Shown here in pieces: positions 14,699 to 28,154 of a stretch of 64,000 nucleotides of DNA; within the stretch, counting starts at the first letter, position 1; every line of letters begins with the position of its first letter. The position numbers and the translations under genes were made by a program. This DNA comes from Octopus sinensis (taxonomy: Eukaryota), in the NCBI RefSeq assembly GCF_006345805.1, contig NC_042997.1:212164001-212228000 (forward strand). The letters run 5' to 3'. Under the pieces are notes generated by a model that ran no database searches, was not told the DNA's origin, and was given only the letters and a program-made list of their open reading frames with translations.

Positions 14699-14926
14699 TT
14701 AACCCTTTAGTGTTTAAACCGGCCATATCTGGCCTAGATATTTCATATGTTTTATATTCAAACTGGTGATATCTAGCCTCTCACACCTAACCTACATTGA
14801 CATTCTAGAAATAAACAATCACATCATTGAAACCTCAAAGCTATAAGATAATGCATGATTAATTCAAAATAATTTGAGTGAAAAAGTATTACATTTAACA
14901 GAGTAATCTGAACACTAAAGGGTTAA
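14699..14926. mobile_element. piggyBac-type MITE, family 2
   Basis: TTAA|CCCTTTAGTGTTTA...TGAACACTAAAGGG|TTAA: TTAA TSD with CCC/GGG termini and 17/18 identity. Partial relatives at ~36050-36260 and ~39975-40075. Confidence 0.85.
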
Positions 14927-15992
14927 ACATTTATTATTTAGGAAATTAGAATTAACAAATGTCACCAGAGATGATACATTTACCATTCCCACCAGAAAAC
15001 TCATGAAACTTTAGTGTGCCAAGAGGATCAGTGGTTTGTGATGTGGCTGAGATACATCTTATACCAAACACTTGACTTTGTCTTTAAAAACTGATACTTT
15101 CTCTCTCTCTCTGTATCAAATTGAACCTTAACTATAACAAACAATACAATGAATCAGCACAGATCAGAGAACTTTTGATGGCTGCGGGCAGGGCCTATCT
15201 TTTAGGCTAAATAAAAAATAGGCAACCAATTTTTTTCTCTCATTATAGAAAATTTAGCTCCAAAAACTTGACTGACTTAAGATTAGGGGAGCAGATACTT
15301 GTATAAGATGCTGTGCCATATTAACTTGCCAAGTGATCCCATGGCCATGTTTGTTCCCCTAATAACAAGAAAGAAAGAATCGTTAAAAATCCCTTACAAA
15401 GATATTTCAAACTGACAACAATCTGCCTTATATAGACCAGTGGATTCAGTTTTCATTATTTATACCAAGTGGTGATCGTTGCAATGAAGCAACATTGGTA
15501 GAACCTGCCAACCCATGCCAACGTGGAATATGGACATTAAATGAAGATGATGTTGATGATATGTGTGTGTGTGTGTGTGTGTGTCCTAGACATGATGGCC
15601 GTGAAAGAGCATTCTTACCATTTCCTGAGTGAATCATCCTCCAGTGAAATACATGTCCAGCCATGGGGAAATATTACATTGCTTGGAAATAGGTTTTGGC
15701 TGGCAACAGACAGGGACTCTGACTGTAGAAAACCTGCTTGAATAAATTCTGTCAGACCGATGCAAGTATGGGAAAGTGGTTGCTAAAATGATGATGACGA
15801 TGACGACTCTAGGTGTGTGTGTGTATGAGTGTGCAGTATAAGATGATGTGTGTTTGTCTGGTGAATAAGTAAGGTATAGAGTTGTTTATGTGGAAGAGCT
15901 ACTAAAGCAGAGACATAGAAGCAATGAATGTCTGTGTTACCCCAACAAAATACCAACAGAGAGTTCATGTGTATTACTTAATATAATTGTGT

Positions 15993-16376
15993 GGAGGCGC
16001 AATGACCCAGTGGTTAGGGTAGCGGACTTGCGGTCATAGAATCGCGGTTTCGATTCCCAGACTGGGCGTTGTGAGTGTTTATTGAGCGAAAACACCTAAA
16101 GCTCCACGAGGCTCCGGCAGGGGATGGTGGTGATCCCTGCTGTACTCTTTCACCACAACTTTCTCTCACTCTTACTTCCTGTTTCTGTTGTACCTGTATT
16201 TCAAGGGGCCGGCCTTGTCACACTCTGTGTCAAGCTGAATATCCCCGAAAACTATGTTAAGGGTACACGTGTCTGTGGAGTGCTCAGCCACTTACACGTT
16301 AATTTCATGAGCAGGCTGTTCCGTTGATTCGGATCAACCGGAACCCTCGTCGTCGTAACCGACAGAGTGCTTCCAC
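15993..16376 (+). mobile_element. tRNA-derived SINE, family C
   Basis: GGAGGCGCAATGACCCAGTGGTTAGGG (A box) and GGTTTCGATTCCC (B box). Head and body homologous to 59080-59392. Confidence 0.85.
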
Positions 16377-18109
16377 AATATAATTGTTTCACCATTGGAT
16401 AATTGTGAACAGCCTGTCATTATGTGTAGGAATTATTAAACCAGGAGGGCCTTCCGCTTTTTAAGACAGTAGGTTTTTTAAGATAGGATACCTGACTGCT
16501 GTTCCCAGCAAATAGAGTGACCACATAAAAGTTTGTCGGAACAAATACCAAAGACTCGGTTATCAAACTCACACAGCTGACAAACTTGGTTTTTGTTTGA
16601 AATCTTAGAACAGTAACATTGTTGAGCAACAGTTAAAGAATACCTAATATTGACACAATCAAACAACAGTGCTTCCAATCAAAGAACATTGGCTGACCAA
16701 ATATCCGAGATCAATCAAAGAAAAAACAGAAAACTCTACTTGACTAATGAGGTTGGAAGGAAGTTACTTGGTAAATTGAATGAGAGACCACATCAAAGGT
16801 TAAGTTGTTAACAAGGTTCTGTGTTTACAAACAATTAACATTAGAGTGAAAGCAAGGAAATAAATGAAGGAATCTGCCGACTGGAATATGTATTACAACA
16901 ATATAAATCAAAGAATATAAAGATAATTCATTTAGAAAACAGTAAACGAAGAAAAACATCAGTGAAGAACTGTTGATTCTGTAAGTAAGTTAGACATTAA
17001 TATCTTCTGTCAATTGTTGGAAATAAAGGTAAATAGTATTAGACATTCTAAAAGTGGAATGATTTCCTTAACAAATGTTAGAATCAAGAATAATTATTAT
17101 AGTTGAAGGAAATTAGTGGTGGACCACCACCACTGCTATTTGGGCATGAGTTGGGCAGTTCTGTTTCCCTGGATGGGTTTGGGAACTTGATCTTACATGC
17201 AATTCATTTTGGCTTTGTTTCTACAACCTGATGCCCTTCCTAACACCATCCACTTTGAATCGGATGCTCTTTTTCTGGGTCTTCAGCACTCGAGAATTGT
17301 CATGTCCTTCACAGGATCGGTCAAAGGTGTAGAAAATGTTTTTTCTGTAATAAAGCCACAATATATCTTTACTCAGATGTTTACATTTTATTGACCAAAT
17401 CAAAGTAATTTTGTCCAGTTCTGGCCTTCCATACATTGTATATACAAAGAATGAATTTTATGTGCATATTTAGAGTTGAACTCTTCAGGTAACCAAGATG
17501 TTCAGGTGATTTGAAGGGCTAGCTTTCTTTATTTGCATTAATTTGTGAAAATTACAATTCTAATGTATAATGCTGAGCAAATGTATTAGTGCAGTGCAAG
17601 CACACAGGCACAATTTCTGGCAAACAAAAATTAATGCTACATGTAAAAGTTGTGAAACAGCTGTAAACCTAATGAAGTCATGTGATTAAATAAGTCTATA
17701 TTCACATGTTGCACTTCTTGACTTAGTTTTTATATACACCTCACAAAATAATTTTATCACTCAAGTTTTCTGGATTTTCCATCGGTTACACGGACACTAC
17801 ATGTTCCACTATTTTTAATTGGACACCATGTGGACTGATGGTCAATTTTGTAGAAGAAGTTTACAGTGATAGCTGTACAGTGAGATGAACCCATATTTTA
17901 CACTACTCATTTCTATATGTTCTAAAGAGGTCTTAGGACATCACACATTGGAGTCTGATGATACACCATAAAGGTGAACCCTTTATGGATGGGAAACCCA
18001 GGGTAACACCATAGACAGGCTTTCACCAGATAGAAATATAGACTGCTCTTTCTTAGAGTGTGCTTCACTGGATTTATGCTTTTCTAATAACGATATATAT
18101 ATATATATA

Positions 18110-18800
18110 CTCGTGCTAGCGCGGAAAACGGACGTTAAATGATGATGATGATGATGATATATGTAAAATCATCATTTAACGTCCGTTGTCCATGCTAGCA
18201 TGGGTTGGACAGTTTGGCCAGGGCTGCACCAGGCTCCAGTATAATTTGGCATGGTTACACTATGACTGGATGCCCTTCCTAATGTTATCCATTCCAAGAG
18301 TGTAATGGGTGCCTTTAAGTGCCACTGGCACGGGTGCTTGTTGTGTGACACCACTATCTACCATGGCTATGATTTTACTTGGCTTGATGGGTTTTCTTCT
18401 TAAGCATGGCATATTGCCAAAGGTCTTGGTTATTTGTCATTGCCTCCATGAGGCTCAATGCTCAAGGTGCTTTTTACATGTCACTGGCACAGGTGCCAGT
18501 TATGTGACACTGGCATTGGCCACATTGCTTCTGTGAGGTGCGCACACTCACACATATCATCATTGTTTAATATCCGCTTTCCATGCTGGCATGGGTTGGA
18601 TGGTTTGACTGAGGACTGGCAAGTCAGGAGGCTGCACCAGGCTTCAATCTGATCAGGCAATGTTTCTACAGCTGATGCCCTTCCTAATGCCACCAGCACG
18701 AGGGCCAATCAGGTGGTACTGGCAACTTCACTTGACTCAACAGGTCTTTGCAAACAGAGTTTATTGCCCAATGATTGAAGGGAACTCTTAAATGGGCCGG
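18110..18800. mobile_element. Cluster of three RTE 3'-end fragments (+, -, -)
   Basis: Repeated TGCTAGCATGG/(GAT)n tails and CTGGATGCCCTTCCTAATG cores. Confidence 0.85.
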
Positions 18801-19249
18801 TTATGTTCCCACAGAAACAATTAAAATCTAAAAATATATAAATACTTATTGGCTGCAGAAACTCAGATATACTGAGGAGTCTGCGATATAAATTTATGTA
18901 TATTAGCCAGAAAAGATCTGCAATGTACTGAGTGTGCAATAGGTGAAACGTGATGCAGTGGATGCAAGATAGGCGAAACGTGATATGGTGATTGTATTGT
19001 TTTCTATACTAGAAAAAAATATCATTATGAAAAGATGAGAGAATATTCATTGGCCTAAAATGTTCTGCCTGGTGTGATCTGATGAACGCGGTATGAATGG
19101 TAGGGCAGGAACCCAGCTATGTTGGAATCTCTGAGCTGTAATAGTCAATAAGGGCAGGGAACGCAGTGGGAGGTGAGGAAGGGACTGGGAAGTGTGAAAG
19201 AAGAGACACATTCTGAGAGGATCAACTGATATATCCTTGTTTGACTTCT

Positions 19250-19680
19250 TTTATTTATCAAAATCAAATCAAAATCGATGAACATCAATGGAATTTGTAT
19301 TTTTGTGGTACCAGTACCGGTGGCACATAAGAAAACCATCGGAATGTAGCCAGTACCGCATCGACTGGCCTCCGTGCTGTGGGCACGTAACAAACACCAT
19401 CCGATCGTGGCCGTACTAGCCTTGCCTGGCCTCCGTGCCAGTGGCACATAAAAAACACCATCCGAGCGTGGCCATTCGCCAGCCTCGTCTGGCACCTGTG
19501 TTGGTGGCACATAAAAAGCACCCACTACACTCACAGAGTGGTTGGCGTTAGGAAGGGCATCCAGCTGTAGAAATACTGCCAGATCTGACTGGCCTGGTGC
19601 AGCCTTCAGGCTTCCCAGGCCCCAGTTGAACCGTCCAAAGCATGGAAAGCGGACGTTAAACGATGATGATGATGATGATT
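19250..19680 (+). mobile_element. RTE 3' UTR copy
   Basis: GTGGCACATAAAAA(A/G)CACC units ending in GGACGTTAAACGATGATGATG. Confidence 0.9.
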
Positions 19681-20964
19681 TATGTGGTGTGTGTATGTGT
19701 GTGTATGTATATATATAAAGAAAGCTTTATATATATATAAATGTGTGTGTGATCCCATTTATAATTTCCAATTTTCCATGCTTGCTTGGGTGAAGCTGAT
19801 TTTATCAAGGCACTTTTTTAACAGCTGGATGCCCTTCCTGTTGCCAATGCTCGCTTGCTTCTAAGCAAGGTGATATGTTCCCATGGCCAGACATGTGCTC
19901 AAGGAAGATCCCTCCACCCACACACAGAGGGTAAGTAAAGTATTATTTTGCTAATTACAATACACCATAAGATGTTTTAGACAAAGATTTTTCAGTAGAA
20001 AAGTGAATGAAGAAAATAACCGGCAGAGTTTCAGTGTTGACAGCTCAATCATGTCATTGTACTATCAGATGAAAGGAGATCACTTACAGAGACCATTCTG
20101 ATCAGCAGACAGATCTCAGCATTCAACAACAATAAATCTTTCTTCGCTTTTCATTACCGTCTGCTGTCTGTCTTCCACTCTCTCTCTCATCTTTTCAACT
20201 CAGACCACAATGCAGATAGACTCCGCTCAATGTTTCACACCAGATTAATCAAAAGCAATCAAATATCGCATATCATAAGGAAATCTTGAAGATAGAATAT
20301 CAAACAGTGAATATAATGGTATTCTTTAAGTATGACCATTCTTAATTATTTAGAACTTTCCCACCCTAAACCAAATAGTCTTTTCATCCAAGACAAAAAG
20401 CCTGCAATTTTGGGCAGAGTTTACATTTAAAACATTAATCAAAGCCATCCTGCTCTCATGGTGAATGCATTATTACACTGAACTCAAATAACCTATTGAT
20501 TGATATCATAATAAGAATATACAAAGAATAACCTGTTGTTCTGTGAGGATAATTAATTAAAGACTAGGTCTATCTTCAAAAGAAAATATAAATGCAATTG
20601 ATAATGTTTACCCCAGGCAGATTACATTTAACATAAAGTTCTTGTTTAAAATATACTGCCCTCCACTATTTTTGATGTTTGCTCTGGCCCATGGAGCCAT
20701 GGAACCATCATGGCTTACAACAAAGTACACAGTCTTCTTTATCCTGCATCACACTCTGCCCTTCAATCTCACCACTTACTTCCCAGTCTTAAAAACATCA
20801 AATAAGAACTATTGTTTACGAGTACAATATGAAATCTTTCAAACTCATATCAAATTTCAGTTTGCAGATAAAAACTGTTTTATGATAATATCTGAAATAT
20901 ATTTTCATTCAAAATTACTTTCCATAAACTTGGTTTTCTTTGAAAAAGAGAAAAAAAAAAAAAT

Positions 20965-21009
20965 GGGGGAAAAAAAAGGGGGGAAAAAAAGGGGGGAAAA
21001 AAAAGGGGG
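20965..21009 (+). other. G-quadruplex-forming motif G5A8G6A7G6A8G5
   Basis: Four G tracts separated by pure A loops, directly visible. Confidence 0.7.
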
Positions 21010-21188
21010 AAAAAAATGGCTCATAAATATGCTTAAATACACTGAATTTTTAAGTGGTGGTCACAAGGATGTTAGAGCACAATGCCAAGATTAGTTGATC
21101 AATATTGCAATGAGGACTTAATTAATTGACATTTTCATTCCTATTTGAAGAGTTATTCTGAAGTCTTCTTCAGATATTGGTTCCTTAC

Positions 21189-21235
21189 ATCCTCCAAACT
21201 TTGTTGTGATATTTCTCTCTGTTAAGTTAGCAATT
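21189..21235 (-). other. Candidate 47-nt minus-strand exon (IANLTERNITTKFGG)
   Basis: T-rich tract then CACTTCCACAATCTTCAG|...GGAGGAT|GTAAGG. Confidence 0.2.
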
Positions 21236-22748
21236 CTGAAGATTGTGGAAGTGTTGCACACAACAAAATGAAAAAAAAAACAATTTAAAGATTTGAAAAG
21301 CTTTTCAAAAACATCAATGACACCCACAAATAGAAAATTAATTAAAATAGATGTTAGAAACTACTCCATAAATAGAAAAAAAAACAGAACCGACTGAGCT
21401 GTCTATAAACTTGTATAAGTTGTCACAGAACGTATCTGTTGCATAAAAGGTTAGCCTGGAGTTCATTTTTCTTACCATTTATCCACTACATTCAGTAAAA
21501 AGTGGGGAGGGGGAGAGAAAGAGAGAGAAAGAGGAAGTCTGGACATGGCTGTAGATATTAAGTACAGTTAGATTAAAATTTATTATTCAATCAGATAACT
21601 AATTAAATCATTTTAGATTATTTGTTTTGCTTTCAACAACACCAAAAAAAAAAAAAAAAAAAAGAAAGAGATCTACTATAGAAACAATGATATTTTTTGG
21701 TAGTTTTTATCATTTCTGGCACAAAACTTGATGGAAAGACAGTTCTTGACATTGAATTGAAAGCAGAAACAACAACTCGGTTAGGTTTGCAGAACTGGAA
21801 AAAAATTTAAGAACTTAATTATTATGGTTCTACAAATTAAATTTCTAAAATGTGAAATCAAGTTGGAAATAGCCAACCTAATTACGTTTGGAATTATTGA
21901 GAAGAAATAGTCGAGACTGAAAGGGTTTGAAGCTTTTCTTTAGTCAAGTGTTGATCAAAGAATATGCCAAACATTGAAATACAACTTGGTCAAAACAAGA
22001 AACTTAAATTAAAAATTACTTTCTCCATTAAGCACAAGACATTTGCTTCCCAACCACCTGCTTTTTCAGTTCAATCCCTAAAGCATAGCCCATTGGGAAA
22101 ATTTCCTCTACTTTGTTTCTGGCTGACCAAAAGCTTGTGGCTGGATTGGGTAGAAAGTATGCCTGTCATGTATGTATGTATGTGTGTGCGTGTATCTTTA
22201 TTCAGTCTTGGACTCATTGAGGTAAAGACCTACACAATTTGAGGCTTGTTCAAGAGATTGTAAAAGAGACTGGGCATTGGAGAGAGAATCACTGATAAGA
22301 GTGACAGGACCTCCGCAATGCTATGATGGACTGTGAAGTCTGGCGTAACATAGTAAATTCCATTGTCTCAACCACAGTTGAACAATGATGATGATGATGA
22401 TGCAGCTTTATATCTCTTTGTTTTCATATTGCATGATGGGATAGTTTGAAATGAGCCTCATCATTATACAAGCAGTGTCATTCTTTGCTAATATTCTGCA
22501 AAAACATGTCTAGTGGGGGATATTGTTTTGCTTGGATCCAGGTGAGGGTTGGTAACAGGAAGAGCATCCGTCTGTAGGAAATCTGTCTTGATAATCTCCG
22601 AGTGACCCAGGCAAGCAGGGAAAGGTGGATATGCTGCTGTTGGTGAGGCTCACTTTCCTCTTGCCTCCGTAGGTTCTACATTTGTCATGGCAATATCATC
22701 ATTTAGATTGAAATATCAATATTTTGTCTAACACAGTAAAACGGAATT

Positions 22749-22868
22749 TATTTCATATTTTTATTCTCGTAAAATTTTCGTTGCATCTTGCAACTTTTTC
22801 AATAGTCTTAACTATCGAAAAGGTTGCAAGACACAACAAAAATTTTAGGAGAATAAAAATATGAAATA
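22749..22868. repeat. 120-nt near-perfect foldback hairpin (MITE-like)
   Basis: TATTTCATATTTTTATTCTC...CAATAG pairs with CTATCG...GAGAATAAAAATATGAAATA around a very small loop. Confidence 0.85.
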
Positions 22869-23959
22869 AGTGGTAATTTTACCAGTGAGTGTGTTACATT
22901 ATAAGGCACAAAAAGAAAATGACTCTCCCCAGACACAATAGAATATGCTTTAACACACGAACTGATATAAAGAATCTTGCAAACCAAATCCAAAAATGAA
23001 ATAAAGAAAAACTGAAGAATTGCAAATAAAATTGGTAAAACACCAGGCTGAATTACCGTGCAGCTCTGTCCACAGCAAGTTCAGAATAAAGGCATCTGGA
23101 AGTTATGTCTTTCCAATAAATTTAAACAAAACCTTGGTGAAAGACTTAGCACCTGGATTTCACATATTTCTTTTGTTATCTTCAACAAAATTAAGCAACT
23201 GCGAAAGAATTCTGTTGTTGCTGAAGATCATTTGACTTGTGTAACAATGCAATAAACATAGCTGTTCTGAAAACTCCAATGATTATAAGTTACACCAACT
23301 TTACAAGACTGGAGACATATGAATAAATATTTTCGCCCCCCCACCAAATCTTTAAAACATTTAAGCACAAGGTTAATTAAAATAGAACACACATGAAAAT
23401 CTTCAGAATCACATCTTCTAAATTTAACAAATTACATGCTTCCTCCATGACATATCTAAGATCAATAATTATTGATTTCAACCCTTGGCACAGAGCCACA
23501 CATGACTGGCTTGTTTTATAAACCCTACACAGATGAAAAGCAAAGTTACACAAAATACAAGCAGACCAGATACTATATAATGGTGCTACCATCCAACGAC
23601 CTACTAGAATCAATAATAATGAAATTAGTGTACTTCAAGATACACAGAGTCTTTGGAAGAAAAAAAAAATGCAGCAAATTGGCAAGATAGGTTAAGAGCC
23701 AAAAGTTTGTTACCCTTCAATTGAAAACTAGCATAAGATCTTGTACATGTATTTAGGGTTTGTTACAACCTTGAACTTCTACCATAAATTAATTCTGCTC
23801 CACTCCCCCCTCTCTCTATTTTCAAATCTCTCCTCTCCTCTGAATGGAGTAGCCATGTACCTTCTCTACAGCAAGACACTGGTCCTGTCCGTCTATCATA
23901 ATTTAATTTCTTATCACCTGGCATAAAGCGACCTCCTTCAAGATTACTCATCCTTTCAG

Positions 23960-24210
23960 GGAAGTGGTACTGAGGGATGTTTGTCTTGCAAGTGAATTGG
24001 TGACCTCACTGGTGCTGGAGCCACATAAAAATTGCCCATTACCCTCTGTAAAGTGGTTGGTGCTAGGAAGGGCATCCAATTGTAGAAACCATGTCAAAGT
24101 ATAAAGCAGAGCTTGCCGCACTCCTTTAGTTTGTCAGTTCCTGTCAAACTGACCAACCCATGCCAGCATGGAAAACGGATGTTAAGTAAAGATAATAATG
24201 ATGATGATGA
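23960..24210 (+). mobile_element. Diverged RTE 3'-end copy
   Basis: GTGGTTGGTGCTAGGAAGGGCATCCA...CCAACCCATGCCAGCATGGAAAACGGATG...GATGATG. Confidence 0.8.
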
Positions 24211-24460
24211 AGTTATGGACAACTGAGCTAAAAGGACAGTGCTTCACTTCATACATCACGGCCCCTTCCTGTTTCAGAATATATAGTCGGTTGTCCAGGC
24301 TTTTCCTCTGAATTGGTTCCTTCCCGCAATATCTGCTCAGTCTCTGCTGTTTCATTAACAAAGCATAGATTTATGACAATCATCAAGTCCAGCCAATAAC
24401 ATATCAATGTTAAATTCTTAAACCGGTTGCAGTATTTTGGTTTTCTGAGCTTCCACAACA

Positions 24461-24663
24461 ATGACAGTGGCAAGTGATGACAGGGTAAGAGATGACAGAG
24501 CAAGTGATAACAAAGCAAGTGATGACAGGGCAAGTGATGACAGAGCAAGTGATGACAGTGGCAAGTGATGACAGAGCAAGTGATGACAGGGCAAGTGATG
24601 ATGTAGGGAAGAGATGACAGGACAAGTGATGACAGAGCAAGTGATGACAGGGCAAGAAATGAC
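24461..24663. repeat. 15-bp minisatellite (GCAAGTGATGACAGA/G), about 13 copies
   Basis: Directly visible tandem units with occasional length variants that break any reading frame. Confidence 0.92.
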
Positions 24664-25309
24664 ATGTACCTTGCTGGTTGCTACAGTAGTGGTGGAAATG
24701 ACAGAGGCCAAGGGCCACCTGTAAATGACTGCCAACCAGAACGAGTCAAGTGGCCCCTTTCTAGATAGGGTCTAGGATGTCTGCATGTGTAACAGCTGCA
24801 CTATCCCAGATATGGCAGATATAGCTCCATTGTGAGCTGTGCCAAAGTTTTGGAAGGGGTCTACAACTGCTGAAGGACAAAGTATGTTCTGACCCTGAAG
24901 GGAAGGACCAGTCATCATGTCTAAGATCTTATGGTAAGGGAGTCAAGTATTTCGAAGTAATATTCTGGGTTTTAGTTGCATGCTGCTCATGATTATGGGG
25001 ATGTGGGGCTATGATGTTTTTTTGATGATGAAAGAGACAAGACTGGTCCCATGGGAGGAAACTTTCAAGAATGGAGACAGTTTCATAAATGAATGTCAAA
25101 ATATTAATCAATAAAGACAAAATAAATGTAAAGTCAGGGAACTGGCAACCATTTGGAAATATGGATTAAACCATTGTTAAATGCACCACCAGCTGTTTCG
25201 ACGCCATATGAAGGGAGGCATAATTAGCTCTGAAGAAAATGTTCTGCATTATAATTATAATTAGGTAGCTGGGGTGTCATCTTATTTGAAGATATTTGTT
25301 AACATTACT

Positions 25310-25620
25310 ATCATGATGATGATCATCATCATTATCATCATTTAGCATCCGTTGTCCATGCTGCCATGGGTTGGATGGTTTGACCAGGGCTGGCAAGCTG
25401 GAAGGCTGCACTAGACCCCAGTCTGATCTGGCATGGTTTCTACAGCTGGATGCCCTTCCTAATGCCAACCACTTCAAGAGTGTAATGAGTGCTTTCATGT
25501 GCCACTGGCACAGGTGCCATTTGTGTGACACCAGTATCTGCTATAACTGTCGTTTTACTTGGCTTCATGGATCTTCTCAAACACAACATAATGCCAAAAA
25601 GGTCTCAGTAATTGCTTCCA
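25310..25620 (-). mobile_element. RTE 3'-end copy
   Basis: (CAT)n followed by TTTAGCATCCGTTGTCCATGC and the CTGGATGCCCTTCC core. Confidence 0.85.
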
Positions 25621-26628
25621 TATATACATAACTATATAACTATACAACTATACATATAGCTTAGGGCTAAATGGATGGCACCCGTGTCTGCCAGTGATGC
25701 CAATAGTTCAGTAAACCAATGTGTTTACTTCTATACAGTCTTGGTCAGTCATTTTCCCCTGGTGGCATGGCACTGTCGCTTAACATCGCATTTACAAATC
25801 GTTTGACATAGTCTTTAAGCTGACATCAAAGCGTAGCAGTTTAGTAGGAAATACAAATGTTTAGGTTAGAAATTTATCAATGGTTTCACTGCCTCATCCT
25901 TTTGAATGGATGCACCATCAGTGTCTGTTGACATGGATTCACTGGCAATGTATTAAACACTTGTAAACAGAGAAGAAACCAGAAATACCCTGACAAGAAG
26001 TGCAGATAAACTAGTGTGCGCGTGTGTACACGCACACATGTATGCAAGCATATAAGCACACACATGTACACATCCATTAAGAAAGAACATATGTTGCTCA
26101 AATGAATGGATGAATGGTGAGTGCCACACAGCTGGTAACTATAACAACATAGTGATATAAATATATGAATGATATAGAAAGGTAAACACAATATCTTAAT
26201 ATATTCACAATGCTTAGTGTAAATATCAGAGAGAGAGGGGGAGAGAGGGAGGTGGATGTGTGTCATTGTGGAATTCCTATTAATATGCAATTAACGGTAG
26301 TGGTTATTTCAATGAAGATATTCTGCTGCTGGTATTGGAAACAAAACTATCCAGAGACTTCCTCCCCCCCCCAATAAAAAAAAAATCTATCCAGAGTCCA
26401 ACAAGAAAATATGGTTTTCTTTCTCTGGCTGGAATCCACAGCCACAGACTAAGTATTCTGACATTGACACATACAGGTTCCTTCATTGTGCTTTATCCAG
26501 AGTTCTTCAAAACTCTTTATAGCTTTTATTTGTTGTCTATAAAAACGATTCTCTTTATCAAACAAATACAGCTTCTGTCTCAATTTCTTTGGTTATTTTC
26601 CTATGAATCCCCTAATCGAAGACCTTAC

Positions 26629-26778
26629 TTGGCACCATATCAACACCACAAACTCGCAGACGTATTGGCTGACTGCTTCCTTAAAAGCTTCTCCAATGAC
26701 TGATGTAACCATCATCCAGGGAACCCCTTTCTCTTAATCTGTTTAACACATCCATCTCCGTTTTATCATCACGCCCAA
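26629..26778 (-). other. Candidate 150-nt symmetric exon with a single in-frame TAA
   Basis: GTGTTGCGTTTACAG|...GTGCCAA|GTAAGG. Phase-1 frame: GRDDKTEMDVLNRLRERGSLDDGYISHWRSF*GSSQPIRLRVCGVDMVP. Confidence 0.25.
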
Positions 26779-27169
26779 CTGTAAACGCAACACTGTGTCT
26801 ACGTATCACCATCATTTGAATGTTTGCCTGGGCCAGCTGGAGTTTATTGATGCGGATTTTGTATGCCAGGAAGACCTCCTTCCTATTGCCAACTCTTTAT
26901 CTGTTTCCAAGCAAAGTAATATTTCCCCCCAGACATGTTTTCCACCCAAGACTGGAAACAAACAACCTCACTTGCATGAGGGTGATGTTCCTTTACAGCC
27001 ATCACATCAAGTCAAATCGATAATGAGTGTGTGTGTGTGTGTGTATTCATAGACACACTGTCTCTCTGTGTATCTTCTAGATCTGTAGAACTGTATTCTT
27101 CAGTTGCAGATATCATAGCCATGACCATGCTGTAGCACTAACTGTTTATATACGATGTGTGTACACATA

Positions 27170-27430
27170 CATCATCATCATCATTACCATCATCGTTTAA
27201 TGTCCGCTTTCCATGTTGGCATGAGTTGGATGATTTAACTGAGGACTGGCAAGCCAGGTGGCTGCACCAGGCTCCAATCTGATTTGGCAGAGTTTCTACA
27301 GCTGGATGCCCTTCCTAACGCCAACCACTCTGAGAGTGTAGTGGGTGCCTTTTATGTGCCAAAGGCATGAGGGTCAGTTAGGCAGAACTGGCAATGGCCA
27401 CGCTCAAATGGTGGTTTTTACGTTTCCCCA
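27170..27430 (-). mobile_element. RTE 3'-end copy
   Basis: Same tail and core as the other copies. Confidence 0.85.
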
Positions 27431-27857
27431 TGAACACAGAAATATAATATATATAAGCATACACATACACACAGTGTGTGTGTATATCAACAGAACATAT
27501 TTGCAGTGATTAATGTGAACACACGATAAAGGTATTTTGGTCACAATCAGAGAGGGAGGCATCATTTCTTTTCCACTGACAGATTGAAAAATCAAATAAT
27601 CCTCATGTCTTTGAGATAATGGAACTTTGGCAAATTGAATGATTGTGCCACAAGCTGAACATTTAATTAGAGTGTGGTTAATTGAAACAACTTCCTTCTC
27701 TTCTCTGCCATTCCATCTCATTATTTTTACCTTTCATAGAATTTATGAATCATTCAAACAATCAAAAAACGTTCACACAACAACTTGTTACATTTGTTTC
27801 TTTATCTGCCAACCCCAACCTCCACCAGCTGTGATAAAGATAGCAGAGTACAGAGGA

Positions 27858-27901
<44 letters not shown>

Positions 27902-28154
27902 GAGACACTATGTAATTATAAACCTAAGCGATTTTGCACAACAATCCAGTCTCCTTAGTTGGCTGCACTGAAACCACTTGAATGGTAGAATAATGTCTAA
28001 AGAAGCACAACGCGAATGAGAGTGGAGCAGAGAGAATGGGCTTCATTGCAGATGCCATCGAAACTATGTTAAGTGTGAGAAACAACAGCAGACACAGTTC
28101 TTGATGCTGTTTGGAAGATATCTGCTCCAACAGGTAGTACTGCACATAAAAATA

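Noticed and set aside
15993-16070. tRNA-like sequence (also 50287, 56950-57028, 59320-59392)
   Set aside because: These are SINE heads with A/B boxes but no complete cloverleaf, and they continue into SINE bodies.
20204-20290. Strong plus-strand acceptor followed by DHNADRLRSMFHTRLIKSNQISHIIRKS*
   Set aside because: All frames stop within 30 codons, with no good donor or recognisable homology.
24249-24735. Repetitive ORFs (SSLAL, CHHLL, VITCS) resembling metal-binding peptides
   Set aside because: They are products of a 15-bp minisatellite open in several frames; unit length variants shift the frame.
25745-25826. Minus-strand LKDYVKRFVNAMLSDSAMPPGEND* as a terminal exon
   Set aside because: Protein-like but short, with a modest acceptor, no recognised homology, and no phase match to the best upstream candidate frame.
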